Part shown: positions 30,065 through 44,599 of the stretch, piece after piece
Layout: every line of letters begins with the position of its first letter
Numbering within the stretch: position 1 is the first letter of the stretch
Source of the DNA: Chrysomallon squamiferum
Taxonomy: Eukaryota; Animalia; Mollusca
DNA length: 64,000 nt
NCBI GenBank assembly: GCA_012295275.1
Contig: CM022667.1
Span: 21,018,001-21,082,000, forward strand
Reading direction: 5' to 3'
Notes under the pieces: generated by a model
The model's database searches: none
The model's input: the letters and a program-made list of their open reading frames with translations, nothing else
What the model was told of the DNA's origin: nothing
Program-made: the position numbers and the translations under genes

Positions 30065-33000
30065 TATATCAAGTGGATTAGCTGAAAATTAGTTAAAATT
30101 TTTAGTATGTATACACAATGCAACATTTAGTCTTACCAGCCATCAAGTGGATTGAATGATTTTTATTTGACAATACAGGTCAGAACAGTATATATCTATG
30201 AATACATTTGTTCAGTCTAAAGTATTGTGATTGTAAATATTATATATATATTCAGTACATGGCTGAGAGTGTATATATTTGCTTTATTGAACAAAAGAAA
30301 ATATATTAGTGTGCATGTTAAATTTAATGTGTGAATGTGTGACTGAAGTATATATATATATATATATATATATATAGCAAAATTCAAATGAAAAAAGAAA
30401 CAACTAATTTTACGTAAGAGGCTAGCATGGGTTTCCCTAAACAGCATTAAAAAAAACTGTTTTCTCTTTATAGGTTTATTATTAAATTTTTTAAATATAA
30501 TTCTAGTTTTATTTCTGCTAGTTAGAATTCATGCAAAAGAAATATTTATAATAATACATTCATTCCTGAACCAGTTCATATTAATATAATATGTATGCTA
30601 AAAATTCAAAAACAGAAGAAAACTTTAATGTTTTTAATTTCTAGCCATTGATTTCCAAGGGAAGATATTGGTAGCTGAAACAATCTGGGCTGTACTGCTA
30701 AGATCAAGCTATGCATTAATGTAGTTTAATAATTATAATAATATGAAAACAGCATCAGTCCTTTGTAGTAGCACATAAAATATATTGATCACTTGCCCAA
30801 CAGGAAACTGGAATTACGGCAAGATCCCTGGACTCCTTACAGTGAAACATGAAAATAATTAAAATTTAACTTAAATTATTTAAAATAATTAATTTGTAGT
30901 GACAGATTAACTTAATATATTAAAAGGCTGCTTAAACTATTATTTTACTGTGATTAGTCACATATGTCCAAACCAGCATCACAGTTCAGTCATGCTTATG
31001 ATACCAGTTTTCAAAATATTGAGGTCATTAAAATTGAACATTTTCTTCTATTTATTAATTTTATTCAATATTGTGTTTCTGTTGTATACTGGAATACGTT
31101 GGCAGTTTATGTTTTTGAATGTAATAATACAGTATAGTTAAAATGTGTCCACATTTAATGTATATTGCAGAGTACGCCACAGAGCTTTAGCAACCACCAA
31201 TTTGCCATACCCAATAGGTTTTGTACAGGAAGGTATAATGCAAGAAAGAGCACAAGATGGAGCTGATCAGAATCTTATTGTAAAGGTGAAACTATTACTG
31301 CATTTATTAGTATTAATATTACCATTATTATTTTTTGTGGAATTTTTCTGCAAGATGAAGAAATGTGTTTACAATAGGATATGTATAATTACTAACGTTA
31401 ATGGTTAAGTAACACATTCAGAGAATATTTTGTTCAGCCTTGCCCTGTGAATGATTACTCAGAGATTACTACAGAACTCACAAACATTTGCTAATCTTAT
31501 TTTGACAGTGTTAAATTTTGAAGCTGTCTTTTATCATCAAGAAATGATAAATGTTTAATGGTTTTACACTTTATTAAAAAAGGACCTGCAAGTTTTATAA
31601 TTGAATTCATTTGAATGATTTCGAGTACTGTGGAAGATATTACACCATCACCAGATTTGTCATGATAACAGTATGTGTTGTTTTTATAGGTCAAGAAAAG
31701 TATGTAGTTTTGAAAGGTCCCTCTTTGTTATTTAAATAAAATAAACTCAAAATTAGTAATTGCTAAGGGTCATTCCGTGTCAAATCACCCAAAAAAAAAA
31801 GAAATTTAAACCCGACCGTCTCAGATTTTTATAAAACTTGGTATATTTGTTGACTGGGATCCCACAGCACCAAATCTGAAATATTAGCCCAATCAGACCA
31901 GTGGTGTGGGAGATACGGCCCACGGAATTTTGAGATTTTTGCCAAAAATGGGTGTGACCACCAACCTTAGAACCCTCATATCTCAGGAACTACTGGGCCA
32001 ATCTTCATAAAATTGGTATTGTTAGAAAGGCAAAATGACAAGGATACCAAATCTGCCATTTTTGTTTAGTTTGGAAAATATTGGAGTACCTTGACCTTTT
32101 GACCTTTGCTATGACCTTGAAATTGACCGTGTGGATCACGTGATCTTGAGATGACCTTTATTGAAATTTAATCTCCCACATGTTAACTAAAACATATAAA
32201 AGTTTCCTGGGTGTAATATTTTTTGTTTAGCCACAATATAGATTTAAAAAATGCACATACATGAAAATAACACATTTTCAGCCATTAACATCTGATTAAC
32301 TAAAACCTGAATGATCAACTCTGGATGCTAGGGATCACCATCTTTCTTGATCATCGAGTAAGACATTGTAGGCCTACATGTATGCATAAAGTTCACATAT
32401 AAAAGTTTCTGAGACGGTCGGGTTTAAACCATTGGGTGATTTGACACGGAATGACCCCTAAGCAGTTTTAAAATAATGATAAAAATACTGATTAGCAGTT
32501 GACAGTAATCAAAATTTTTAAAACAAACTTTTTCCTGCTTACTTATCTTTGAAATTTTATTCTTCTATAGAGATCATGGGATATTGCTCTTGGACCAATT
32601 AAGCAAGTTCCAATGAACATGTTTATAATGTGGATGGCTGGCAATTCCATTTCCATATTTCCTATCATGATGGTTGGCATGATGTTTTTCAGACCAATTC
32701 AGGCACTTTTTGGAATTCAAAACAGTGAGTAAAATATGAAAGATCTGAATTCAAAGGAAGATAATTGTTTATATTGTATTTCATTGCATCTGTCTATTGT
32801 TGTTGCTCATTTTTTTTTTGTATCTTGGAAGCTCTTTATAATAAATTATAACTTGTTATACTTCAGTATCAGATTTTTTGTTTGACAAACATTAACTTGA
32901 TTATGCATGAATTAATTTGCTTTATGATAAAATTTAAAGCAACAAGAACCCATTTAAGTACAAAAAGTAGAGAAGATTGTAATTTATTTTCCTTTATTTT

Positions 33001-33462
33001 AGCTTTTAAAATGATAGAGGGAGATCAAGCAGTACTGCAGAAATTGGTTTATCTGATTGGAAATCTTCTGTGTTTAGCTATGGCTGTTTATAAATGTTCT
33101 GTAATGGGACTACTTCCTTCACATGCTTCTGACTGGTTAGCATTTGTGCAACCACAAGAGGTAATATTTTTTTTTAACTTGACAAAACCAGAAATTTTCA
33201 AGATATTCAGACAGTTTAAAGTTATGTTTTTATATGTTGCTTTATTATTTGGATTTAACCCCCCACCACACAATTTACAAATTTTTTATTTAAACTTGTA
33301 TCAGTAATTCTAATTATATTTTATATGGTTATAGTGATCCATACTGAAAAATGTTGTTACTTAGAAGTTAGAATTTTGAATACACATGTATGATTTTTAT
33401 TTATTTAATTACATTTTTTTTTTCAGAGAATGGAATGGTCTGGAGGTGGGATTTTATTGTAA
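29453..33462 (+). CDS. EMC4: ER membrane protein complex subunit 4 (TMEM85), 184 aa
   Basis: Exons 29453-29544, 31171-31285, 32571-32724, 33003-33160, 33427-33462 (555 nt). Motifs: [90 protein letters not shown]. Confidence 0.97.
30016..30069. repeat. (CATA)n-(TA)n microsatellite
   Basis: Seen directly, in EMC4 intron 1. Confidence 0.92.
31767..32458. mobile_element. PIF/Harbinger-like MITE, ~692 bp, in EMC4 intron 2
   Basis: Perfect 25-bp TIR GGGTCATTCCGTGTCAAATCACCCA and a second perfect inverted block TTTAAACCCGACCGTCTCAGA. TAA flanks both ends (31764-31766, 32459-32461), with one extra C at the right end. GGG termini with a TAA TSD are typical of PIF/Harbinger. Confidence 0.88.
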
Positions 33463-34140
33463 CTTTGATTTTGTAAATAAAGATAAATATAATAGTGATA
33501 CTGACTGTAATTCTTTGACAAGTCAACAAAATAATTTATTTTAGTGCTTGATACTGATGCAGTTTTGATAACAGTACCTTGGTCCCCACATATATGTACA
33601 CATATATCTTTGCAGGCTTACACACACACACACACACACACACTCTGCTCAAAATATTCAATGTTACTTATTGAAACAACTGGAATTAAAAAGTATACAT
33701 AATAAAAAAAAATTAAAAAACATGTATTCTAACAATTTTATTCATATACATAAATACTTTATTATAATATTTAGGCACTTAACAATTTAATACAAATGTT
33801 TAATATAAAATGAAAAGTAAAATAAATAAATCTTTTGGGTAATTATTACAGTTTTTCATTTGTACTGCAATATTCCAGTAACATACAAACATTAAAACTG
33901 AATGAACAATAATGTTTAAAACATATAAATAAACATATAAATAAACAATTAAAAAAAAAGAAATGAATGAATGCAATAAAATCACTTGTTATTCCATTAA
34001 GAGTAAACTGAATAAAATAAAACAGCTAATCATTGATATCTAACTGTCCTATTAATAATTTATTTGACGTTGATGTAACATAACATTTGCGTTCTTCAAA
34101 GTCAGATGAAAATAAAAATATTCGTGTAAATGTTATGTAA

Positions 34141-37100
34141 TTAGTATGTTCCTTCAACTTCCATTTCTTTTTCCACACACTGGACTGCTGCAAGACATTC
34201 CACAGACAGGTTTATTGTTCCAATCACTGTTTCCTCATCTTCTGCATCATAAACTAGAAAACAAATAAAATAAATTAAATTAAAATAATGCTTGATTTGA
34301 AGTTAAGCTATCATTTAGTGATTATCTGTAACCTAAACAAAAGTCTTGTGTTGTCATCCAAATAATAATCATGTGTTTAAAATTGTTTGGCTTTTGTTTA
34401 TAACGGTTATATTGAGTGATATTTATGATATTAAATACTAAGAATCATAATCATACTAGGAATATCTTCATCTCGAACATCTCTGCCATTCTCTAAGATT
34501 TCCTTTACACTGACAAATGCTACGCCAACATCCTCACAATCCATGTCCTGGTCATCTTCAGGAGGCTCGCTCACAATTGTGAAACGAATTCTAATTTAGA
34601 AAAAAAAAAAAAAAAAAAATGATTATAATTAATAGCTGTTTACAATTCAGACATTTGTAGCATTTCACTAAAATCTTGTGTGCAATAAGTTCAAAAATGT
34701 ACCACTTGTTATTAAATAAAACGAGTTTTACATACCTGCCTTTGTCTGGATCATTTGGCAGCAACATGCTTGCAAGACACTGACGCCGTTCATAGTGGTT
34801 TTCCATGTCAACATGTATTGCTGGAAATCAGTATTTTTAATATAATTTTGATTTTCAAGAAAACCTTTACATAATATATATTATGTAGATTAGAAAAATA
34901 AAGCTAATAAAAATAAATGTTAGTAGATATATATATCACCTACTGTTAATCTGCTGATAAACACTTTATTAGAAACCTTCCTCAATGTTGAAGTTTTAAA
35001 TTAATGAATTTTGTCAATCAAATAAAGGAAAACTTTAAAAAACTCACTTCTACTGAAGTTAAATGTAATCTGCTGGTTGGGTTGTGGTTTAGGCAAAGAG
35101 AAAGGTGTTTCAGTATCTTGTGGTGACAGATTTAAAAATTTGTATTCAACAAACAACTGCTTGATATGTTCTTTATCTATAACAGCTGCATTTTCATGAA
35201 GTGTCAGATGAGAAATCACAATAGTCACTGTGTTCCCAAGCTGAAAAATAAAAGTATTGTGTGGATGAGAAAATGCACAATGGCTTGTTCTGAATAATTT
35301 GAAAAAAACAAAAATTTGGAAACTACGTCTTTATTGTCTTTCTGCATTAGAGCTCAAAAAACAAATAAATAAAATTACAATTAAATTATTAAATTGATTG
35401 TGCTTCTTATTAGCTATTCCACCTGGCAGGCTTTATACTACTTTTAGATAACTGACATACATTCTTTAGACTGGAGTATTTCTTATTTCCATCCAGATAG
35501 TGGTATATTGTTAAACATGCTTTATTTTTGGGATGAGGTCAAATGTTCAAAAAATATTTATGTAAATATTCATTACAAATTGTAAAACAAAACAATTACT
35601 GTATTAAGGTTTTTATTCTTCTGTTTATTGGGTAGTGATCGCATCATCACACCCTCGCTGTCAGATTCAATCTGAGTTGGTTCAGACTCGGATTCAGACA
35701 CTGGCTTGTCTTTGTGCACTGACTTTTGTTCTTGTACTTTCTCCTCAGAAGATGGCTCAGTAATTTCTTCAGCTATTGATTCTAAAAATCAACCAATTAT
35801 AAATATTAGTTAAACAATATTTCTACTGAGATTCAGTGGTGAATACAAATAACTCTTTTACATGACTTGTAAATACTACTGTCATGCTATGTAAAAGATA
35901 TTACTTACCGTCATCTTGCTCTTTGTCACCAAAAAATGTATCAGCTGTTTGCTGGAAGTTAAAATTTAGTTAATATTTAATATTCAGATGTTTAATAAAA
36001 CAAACATTCATTAATTCATTGTGTAAGAAATGAATATCCAATTTACGTATTTAAAGAATAATCAGTTATCTTTTATCTTCTTTTTTTTTTTTTTTTTTTT
36101 AAATTAAATTACAACAGAAATGAAATTTTTAAAAATTATTCAAAGCTGTAATAGAAACTTTCAGTTTAACAAATGTAAAGAATATTAACTCACTCGTGAC
36201 ATTTGATTTGACACTGAGGCTTCTGAATAATAAAGAATTAATTAAGTGAATAATGACATAATAACAATATTGGTTTAAAATGTAAATAAATGCACAAGTC
36301 TAGTTTTATATTCAATTTGAAATAATTATTTTTGAAAATTATAGAATATTAATGAAAAAATGAATAAATCTGAGAAATGCCCTCTGCCCAATATAATTGG
36401 CAAATACAAATTTAAAAATCATATTTTACATATGATGTGTAACCTATTTTAATAAATTAATTCAAACTTAACTATATCACAATAAAGCAAAGTAGTAGAA
36501 AAATAATAATGAAAGAAGTATATAATTGAGAAATGCAACTGGAAAATACTACTATTATTATTATACATAATAATAATTATTTATATATTTAATTTTTATT
36601 TTACATGTGATATGTAACCTATTTTAATAAATTATTTCAAACTTGAATGTATCACCGTGATCCTTTGAAAGCAGAGCAGTATTAAAATAATAATTAAAAA
36701 AGAGAATAAATACATCTAAGAAATGCTCTCTTCACAATAAAACATTTAAAAAAATTCTTTATCTCTTAACATTTATACTACTTCAATTCAAACACTTGCT
36801 AATGGTTATATATGATGACTGATTAATTGCTGACCTGTTGATTGTTAAACAGTTTAATAATCTAATCTAAAATCAATCATATTACAGCAGATAGGCATTA
36901 AAACAATGTTAATTTTCTAATAAAACAACAAAGACAGATCACACCATTCTGTAGCCAAATATGAATCTAAACCAATCATGCTATATAATAAAAATTAATG
37001 CTACAAAAGAGAGTTAAACTTTACAGTTTTGAAGTTAATATCATCTCACTCTCATTGTGGAATGGTAAAAAGTCATACTTTTTCACAGTCACTTGTTTTC

Positions 37101-39379
37101 ATGCACTCATTAAATAGAGAGATTAAAGGTACTTATATGCATACATATGATAAGATGAATAACAATACTAATGTTTACAGCACAGTCCCATGCTACTTAC
37201 AGAGGCAAATTAGCAATGTTTCTACCACCATAATGTGTATAGTAATTAAGCATGTTGATACAACTGTGCATATACAATATCATGCTAGTTTACATATAGA
37301 TATTAAGCATGCTGATACCACCTTTATGTACAATATTATACAGACTTATACAAAGAGATTAACCATACTATATAATCCTTGCAAAATTTAATATAGAGGA
37401 TAACAATGTAGATACACACAAGCATTCCCATGCTATTTGTATGCATACCCTTCTTTACAGTTCTAATCTTTGGTCTTGGGGGAACTTTGAAACAACCTAA
37501 AATATTTAGTGTAAAAATGTTAAAATGCAACATTAAAAAAAGAAAAGAAAAAGTAAATAAAATAAGCAACTCAGATTTAAAAAAACAAACAGCAGCTAGC
37601 CATAATTAGATGCAATATAAAAGGCAGTGAAGAAATAAATAGTAAATGCTAACAAGACAAAGTTATATCTGTCTTGTTCATAAAAGTGAAGCATAAAGGT
37701 AAACAAAAATATAAAGAAAGAGAAGAACATCGTATCAAACTTCCTGATTTTATAAATATCCTGATTTGAATTACTTTTGTTTTTATTTGCTTTCTTTAAA
37801 AAAACACTGATTAATATAACTATTATCTGTGTTTAATTACTATATCAAATTTTTTCTTCTGTTTTCCTTAAATGGAAAACTTATTTTTAGATTTTAATAA
37901 ACTATCTACACGTTATATATACATACATATACAAATAGATATATGGGTTTGGTACAAAAGTTCATAACAGTTTGTCAACTAATAGCAAATGAGAAAGTGA
38001 TTTTTTTTCATGCACTACTGAAATACATGACTAAAAATAAATTCTAAAAGGTGAACAAAATGGCACTTATCTCTGAATAAATTGATGAACAAATTATTAT
38101 CTTTGAATTTCATTCAAAAATACTATTAACTTTTGTTCCAATGCAATAAACACACATAGCTACTCTGAAAAACACACACACACACACACACCTCTATAAT
38201 TGTATATATTATACGTGAAACACATCAAAAGTGGATATTTTAGTGTCCCTTAATTTACACATCTTAACACAATAATTTACCCCTCTGAACAGGAAACTGC
38301 TCAAAACTGCACCAGAGGAATTTCCCATTGTTTTTCTCTGATGCAAATTTTGGTCAGAAAACCAGATGGTCAAACATGAATCATTAATTTATTATTTATC
38401 CTTTTAATAGTAACTCAGTTGATAATGTCCTTGAATAGGCAGAGCTGATTATGTGTGCATGCACCACTGTCACTACTAAGCAGCTGACAAATGTCAGTTT
38501 TAATGTTTACATAACTGGAGGAAACAAATGTACTCCCTTTTTTTCTGAGCTCACTTGTTACAAAGTCTGATTAACATACAAATTTGACTGAACACTTTTC
38601 TTGTCTACGTGTATATCTCTTGATTATCACAATGAATGGAAAAACAACTAGCAATATAATTTACTTTTTCCAGTTGTCTGAACCATTCTTTATTGTTTCG
38701 TTTGCAAAGTTTATTTAGCAAAATATAGAGCAAATAAGAGTAAAACATTTGGCTTGGTTTGGTGTAAAATTTGTCAACAGCCTTTCATTTTATCTCCTCT
38801 GGACATGTCAAAATATCCACTGAAATGATGCCATATTGATTTACTGCTTGATGATAAACTTAAAATAATTTGTTTCTCAACATTGACTGATGATTATCTC
38901 AGTACTGAAACCTCTGTAAACCAGATACCCCCCAGAAGCTGACTTCTTCTTGGTCTCACAGTGGTCTGGTTTGAGGGGTTCCAATGTATAACAGCTTATT
39001 TGCAAAATGGCTTACAGTCTGCTTATCACTTTTGAAGAAAACACAATAAACTGCACACTATTATTCAAAATGTATAAATGAACTTCTTAATCTGAAGTTA
39101 ATAAGCTTCCATTAGTACAAACTATCATGTGGTTCTATATGAGGACAGTAAACAGAAAAGTGCATAAACTCTTTTGCATTACCATTAATCATACAGTATT
39201 AATGGATGCCACCATATTTGAATATTTGTCATAATGAAGTAATGGTGATCACTATTATTCACTGGCATTAAATTGAGTTTTCGAAAAACCGTATGTAAAT
39301 CATTTTGCTATTAAGTCATTCATTTATATAAAAAGAAATAAAGCAGAATTAAATAAACAGAGTAACTGCAATCAAGCTC

Positions 39380-39419
<40 letters not shown>

Positions 39420-42400
39420 TATATAAAGAAAAAAGGCAGAATTAAATAACAGAATAACTGCAAACTGGTTACAACTAATAATTATTTTAAAACAAATCTT
39501 TGCAACTTAAGATAGAGCTAAAGTGTTTATTCTGCACTAATACTACAAGCAATAATAAAAGAAAAAGATAATTTCCAGTTTTAACACCATGTTACCTGGC
39601 TCCGACTCAGTTTCTACTGTCATATTTGCATTAGGAGCAGGACTTTTCTTTGGCAGCAACTCCTCACTGTCTCCCGATTCCTCAATTATTGTATCTGGCT
39701 TAATGCCTACTGCTGATGCTAAAACATGTGCGGTCACGAAATGCATTTATTGAATATTCATCACATTTTCTAGCTCAGCATCTTTGTAAAGGATCAGAAT
39801 TTATTTTCTAATCTGATTTAAATATCAACTAGTATTCTTTGGAAGTAAAACAGAAATCAACTATTTCTTACATTTTTGATTTAACAGTAATAGTTAACCT
39901 AACCTTTATGAAATCAAATCTTGCTCAGTACTTATTAATCAGGTTAATTTCCATATTACTGAAACCAAAGTCCACCATGCTGAACCAGTTTTAATCTCTA
40001 AAACCAATGTTCAATACCATATGTGTTTTCATATTTTATATCAGTATGATCAGCAATTCTTGAATTTTGCACTCATCAGTTTTCATACGTATTACATTCC
40101 ATACCATTCAAAGCAGGATTTCATCTTAGTTTTTAGTGCACTCATACTGGTGATCATAGTAGTTACAAGAGCCAAAAACATCAGTATTCATACCACTCAC
40201 ACTAGAAATCATCTTGTACCTATCAATTTTCACATCACTCAACATTTCAGAATTACCGATCAGTTTTAGAAATGGTTTTATCTTTCACATCAGGTAATGT
40301 TGATTTGTGGGCTTCACTAAATAAGATTTAACTACTTACATCATACAGAAAAAATAAATGATCCGAATATCAGAATTCAAAACACATCTGAAATAGTTTA
40401 TGTCATTCATTAAAAATAATTCTCAACAGATGTAGAGATAGTGAAAAACAGATCTTATGAGAATATTAGATGCAAATGAGATATTTTGAAAATTACTCCT
40501 TACATCTATTCTCCTTACTCTTTGTAGAAATCTTTTCATTCAAAAACCCCAAAAACCCCATAAACACCAATGGTAAATAACTAAAAGATTTAAAGAGTCA
40601 CCTGGAGTTATGTCTGATGTATACGACATTGATTCGGACATTTCTGGCATGACGTTAGAAACAGCTTCTGCTATAGCAACTTGTACCATTGATTCATTTT
40701 GTTCCAGTATTGTTGAAGGCTATAAAATTTTATTTAAATTAGTAAAACAGTAAACTATTTAAAAAGAAAGGCTTTTATTTAACACTCTTCACTAAACACG
40801 GACAATAATAAAAGAGCAGATCTGAATTTTGCAAGTCAAATTAGAGTTACTGATTTACAGACACAATTTAAAAATTAACATATACATCTGAATGTTATTT
40901 CTTTATAGTTCAAGTCACTGATATCAGTGGAAGCTATTATTATTCCTTATCTTAGTAGTGCAATAACCAGAAAAAAAAAAGAAACAAAGAAACAAAAATG
41001 CAAAATAAATATAAATATCAAATATAACTTACTTGTTCTGCCACTGCTGATACATCAGATGCCATTATTTGTTCTTCAATGGATTTCCTTCTCTGTTTTG
41101 GCATAGGTGTTGACGTAGCAGTTGGAGCATGACCCTCCTGAAACCTGATAGCCAGGCGAGTACGAACATGTTGTTCTGGAGCGGCCTCAGGTGGCTGCAA
41201 GTTTATTTGAAATTATCATCACTGTGTCGAAAAAATCAGATTCTACATAATAAAAATATCCAAGTATCTAATTGTGCCTATTGCTAAATTTACATTATTA
41301 AGTAAATAATTCTGAATCCAAAATATGTATGAAATACAAAATAATTCATGATAATGCAGAAGAAAAAATAAATTTTACTGGAAATTTTATTTTAATATGA
41401 CAGAAAAAACCAACAAAAAAAAAAAAAACCAAAAAGAAATACAACCAAACAACAAAAACAGCAACAAAAAAAAGAATAAAAACAAAAAATAAAATATTGA
41501 AATTACCACCAATGGTGTTGTCTTTGGCATTTGGGGTGGTACATATGTGTGCTGCCAGCGTATATCTATGTTTATGGATCCATTCTTTGAGCCATCTGCC
41601 TTCTTGAGTTCAAAGTTGCCATAGATAGGCTCATTATGGACAAGTGAAATCAAAGGTATGTTGCATTGACCCAAATACTGCATTTCATCTGGGTCAGAGT
41701 CATCAAATACAAAGATCTTCAGATGCTGAAATAGAAACAGTTTAAAACATATATGACTGTAAATATACATTCAAATTATTCTGACTTGGGTAACTGACTA
41801 TCAGAAACTTTGTTTTTCAATAACCAGATTCACAAAATATAACATGCATCAAGGCAAATGATACCAGTTTAAAATAGAAACATAAATGATCTTTTCTCAC
41901 TGAGGTTTGATTAGCTGACCAAGAACAAAGTTGAAACAATGGATTACACAATTAAAAAAGGCAGCTGCATATTTAAATGATTCAATCAGAAATCTTCCTT
42001 GAACTTACAGATGTTTTCAGATACTGATTAAGATCTGCTGTCATTGGGACAGGGTAAGTTTTGTGGTCATGAAATTCTGGATTGTTTGTTGATGGAATAA
42101 TCACTGTGTCATGATCATTGAAGTCAAAGAACTGATACACACAGTATGGCGAGGGCTGAACATCTGAAGAAATAAAACAACTTTTGATCAGCATGTTCAT
42201 TTTATAAAGTAAAGGTGATGTCAGGTTTATTATTGGTATTTAGATATAAAGAAATTTAATGTCTATAAAATATCCATTTTTAATATACATTATGATTGAT
42301 TCAAAATTCAGATTATTGTCTCTCATTTAGAAATATTTAATGTCACAGATGATATCATTAAAATAGAAAAATTAATAATATAGACCCAAATAAAAATTTG

Positions 42401-44566
42401 TTTTACCTATAATACTTTGATAAACAGGTTTGTTTTGGATCTATATAATAAACAAGATTAGAATTATGTACAAAGAAATGATAAGCTAAAAGAAGTTTGT
42501 TATTATCTTTCAAATTCACTGTTCTGGTACTGTTTATTAACTAATATGTAATTTTATTACTGTAGTTCCTTTTGTGTACATTTGCTATGTAGATAATTTT
42601 GTTTAATGTCAAACTTACTTTTTCTCCTTGATTTCAGTTTGGAACAGGAGATGATTTTGATGTCAAGTTTATTGATATTGTCACTGAGACTTTTAACTGG
42701 CATTTCATCCAGGACCTTACTGGCTTGATCTGCAAGTTTCTCATTGCATGTGATATATCCCAAAGCTTTTGTTCTTTCCTGGAAAATAAACATCACACTT
42801 TCAGGATAAACAACATTATCAAAGCACTACAAGTATAATCACCTATAACAATTTGATAGAATATATTTCATTAAATGATTCAGTCAAGGTCCATATTACA
42901 TATATACTGCAAGATTGTATTCACAGTATATTTTACACTGACAATGATAATATATAATATACACAGAAAATCATGCACAATACACATACACACATCAAAC
43001 AAACATTCTCATTATATTCAAAATTAACAGTTTCGTTCAGTAGAAAAATTTTCATGAAACTATTCCACATTAAATAATTCATACAATAAAAATTCTCAAT
43101 TTTAGAGATTGAATTTTCTTTTTTTTTCAATGAATTAACTCATTTTTTCAAATAGAAAGATTTAAATTTAACGATATTAAATATATTAATAATAAAAAAG
43201 GATAAAAAAGAGAAGAAAATAAACCTTGTAGAGTCTCAAAGCTTGTTCCATGGGAACTTTCAATCTGATCCAGTACTCAACAACACCAAAACCAACACCT
43301 TCACAGCCTTGAGCTACCCCTGAAAAACAACTACATTCTATTAACTGTCTTTTTTCAGATTACTTGAAAATCAAAAATCAAATTATAAATGATTAAATGC
43401 ATTTAAAGCAAATATAAATTCATCTAATCACATTAAATGTGAATAAATGCTATTTTTGTTCTAGTTTTTTTCGCCTGTAACAGATTTATACCTGTCAAAG
43501 TTGCTGTCCCGTGTATTCGGCCATGTGGTTTATCAAATATTTCCCTGAACACAAGCTGGCATGTTGCCACTGTAACATAGTCCTGTCCAAATGACTGATG
43601 CATCTCCAGAATGCAGACATTCTGTAAATTAAAACAGTTTTATGTCTGAAACATCAACTGACCATATAAAAATTTATTGTGAAATTTGAATGATAATTTC
43701 TATATACAAAACATTATAACATACGAGATTATAACTGCAATCAGAACAGTGGTGACAGTGTTAGTGCAATATTTTTAATAGATAGATAACTGAAATATTT
43801 CTAACAGTTTTTGAGCAGATTTCTACAATGAAGATTAGCCTTAAATTTTGGACAATATATGTCCACAAAATAAAAATTGCTCTAAATACATAAATCTTCA
43901 CTTGGCAATGCTGACAATCATATTCTGATTTCAAAAATATATCTGAAAAACGTTAGTATGCAATAAATACCTGCAATCAGTAAACAACATATTTTTTCTT
44001 ACCTTCTGTAAGTAATGCAGAAAAAAATCATCCACCTTTACCACATACTGAGATGTGAAATCATACTCTAATCTGAAATTTAAAAATATATTTTATAACT
44101 CAGTGGCTTTATGGATTTACCAATTAAAAACCGAACATCTGAAATATGAATAAAATGAAAAATGATATAAACTGATAAATTTTCAGAATTATGAGATTCA
44201 GTTTTTGAATTAAAAGTTAATCATGAAAACTATATTTAAAGTTTTAAAAGTTAAACAAAAAACAATAAGTATTATTTAAAATTTTCAAAATTTCAAAAAA
44301 CACTTTCTGTTTATTGAAATAACAAACCTGGACCCTCTCAGCACTGGTGTTGACTGAATTTCAAACTCAAAGAACTCCCAGGTACAGAAAATTGAAGGTT
44401 CCTCATCACCAAGATGCTGAATTCCTTCTTTTGATAAACTAACCTGAAAAAAATAAAAACAACTTACTTACTTCTCAGATAACTAATTTATGAGGGTTTT
44501 TTAAAACCACTATGAAACTACTATTATTAAATACACAATATTGACACTGACATACACACACGCACA

Positions 44567-44599
<33 letters not shown>

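Noticed and set aside
37245-37345. ATTAAGCATG.TGATAC repeated at ~56-bp spacing, superficially CRISPR-like
   Set aside because: Only 2-3 degenerate copies with similar spacers in a eukaryotic intron; an ordinary minisatellite.
38281-39060. More balanced base composition inside an RPGRIP1L intron, suggesting a nested gene
   Set aside because: No long ORF on either strand and no termini found; probably old repeat-derived sequence.
39331-39463. ~40-bp direct repeat flanking an (AT)n tract, resembling a TSD
   Set aside because: Too long and imperfect for a TSD and no element lies between the copies; a local slippage duplication.
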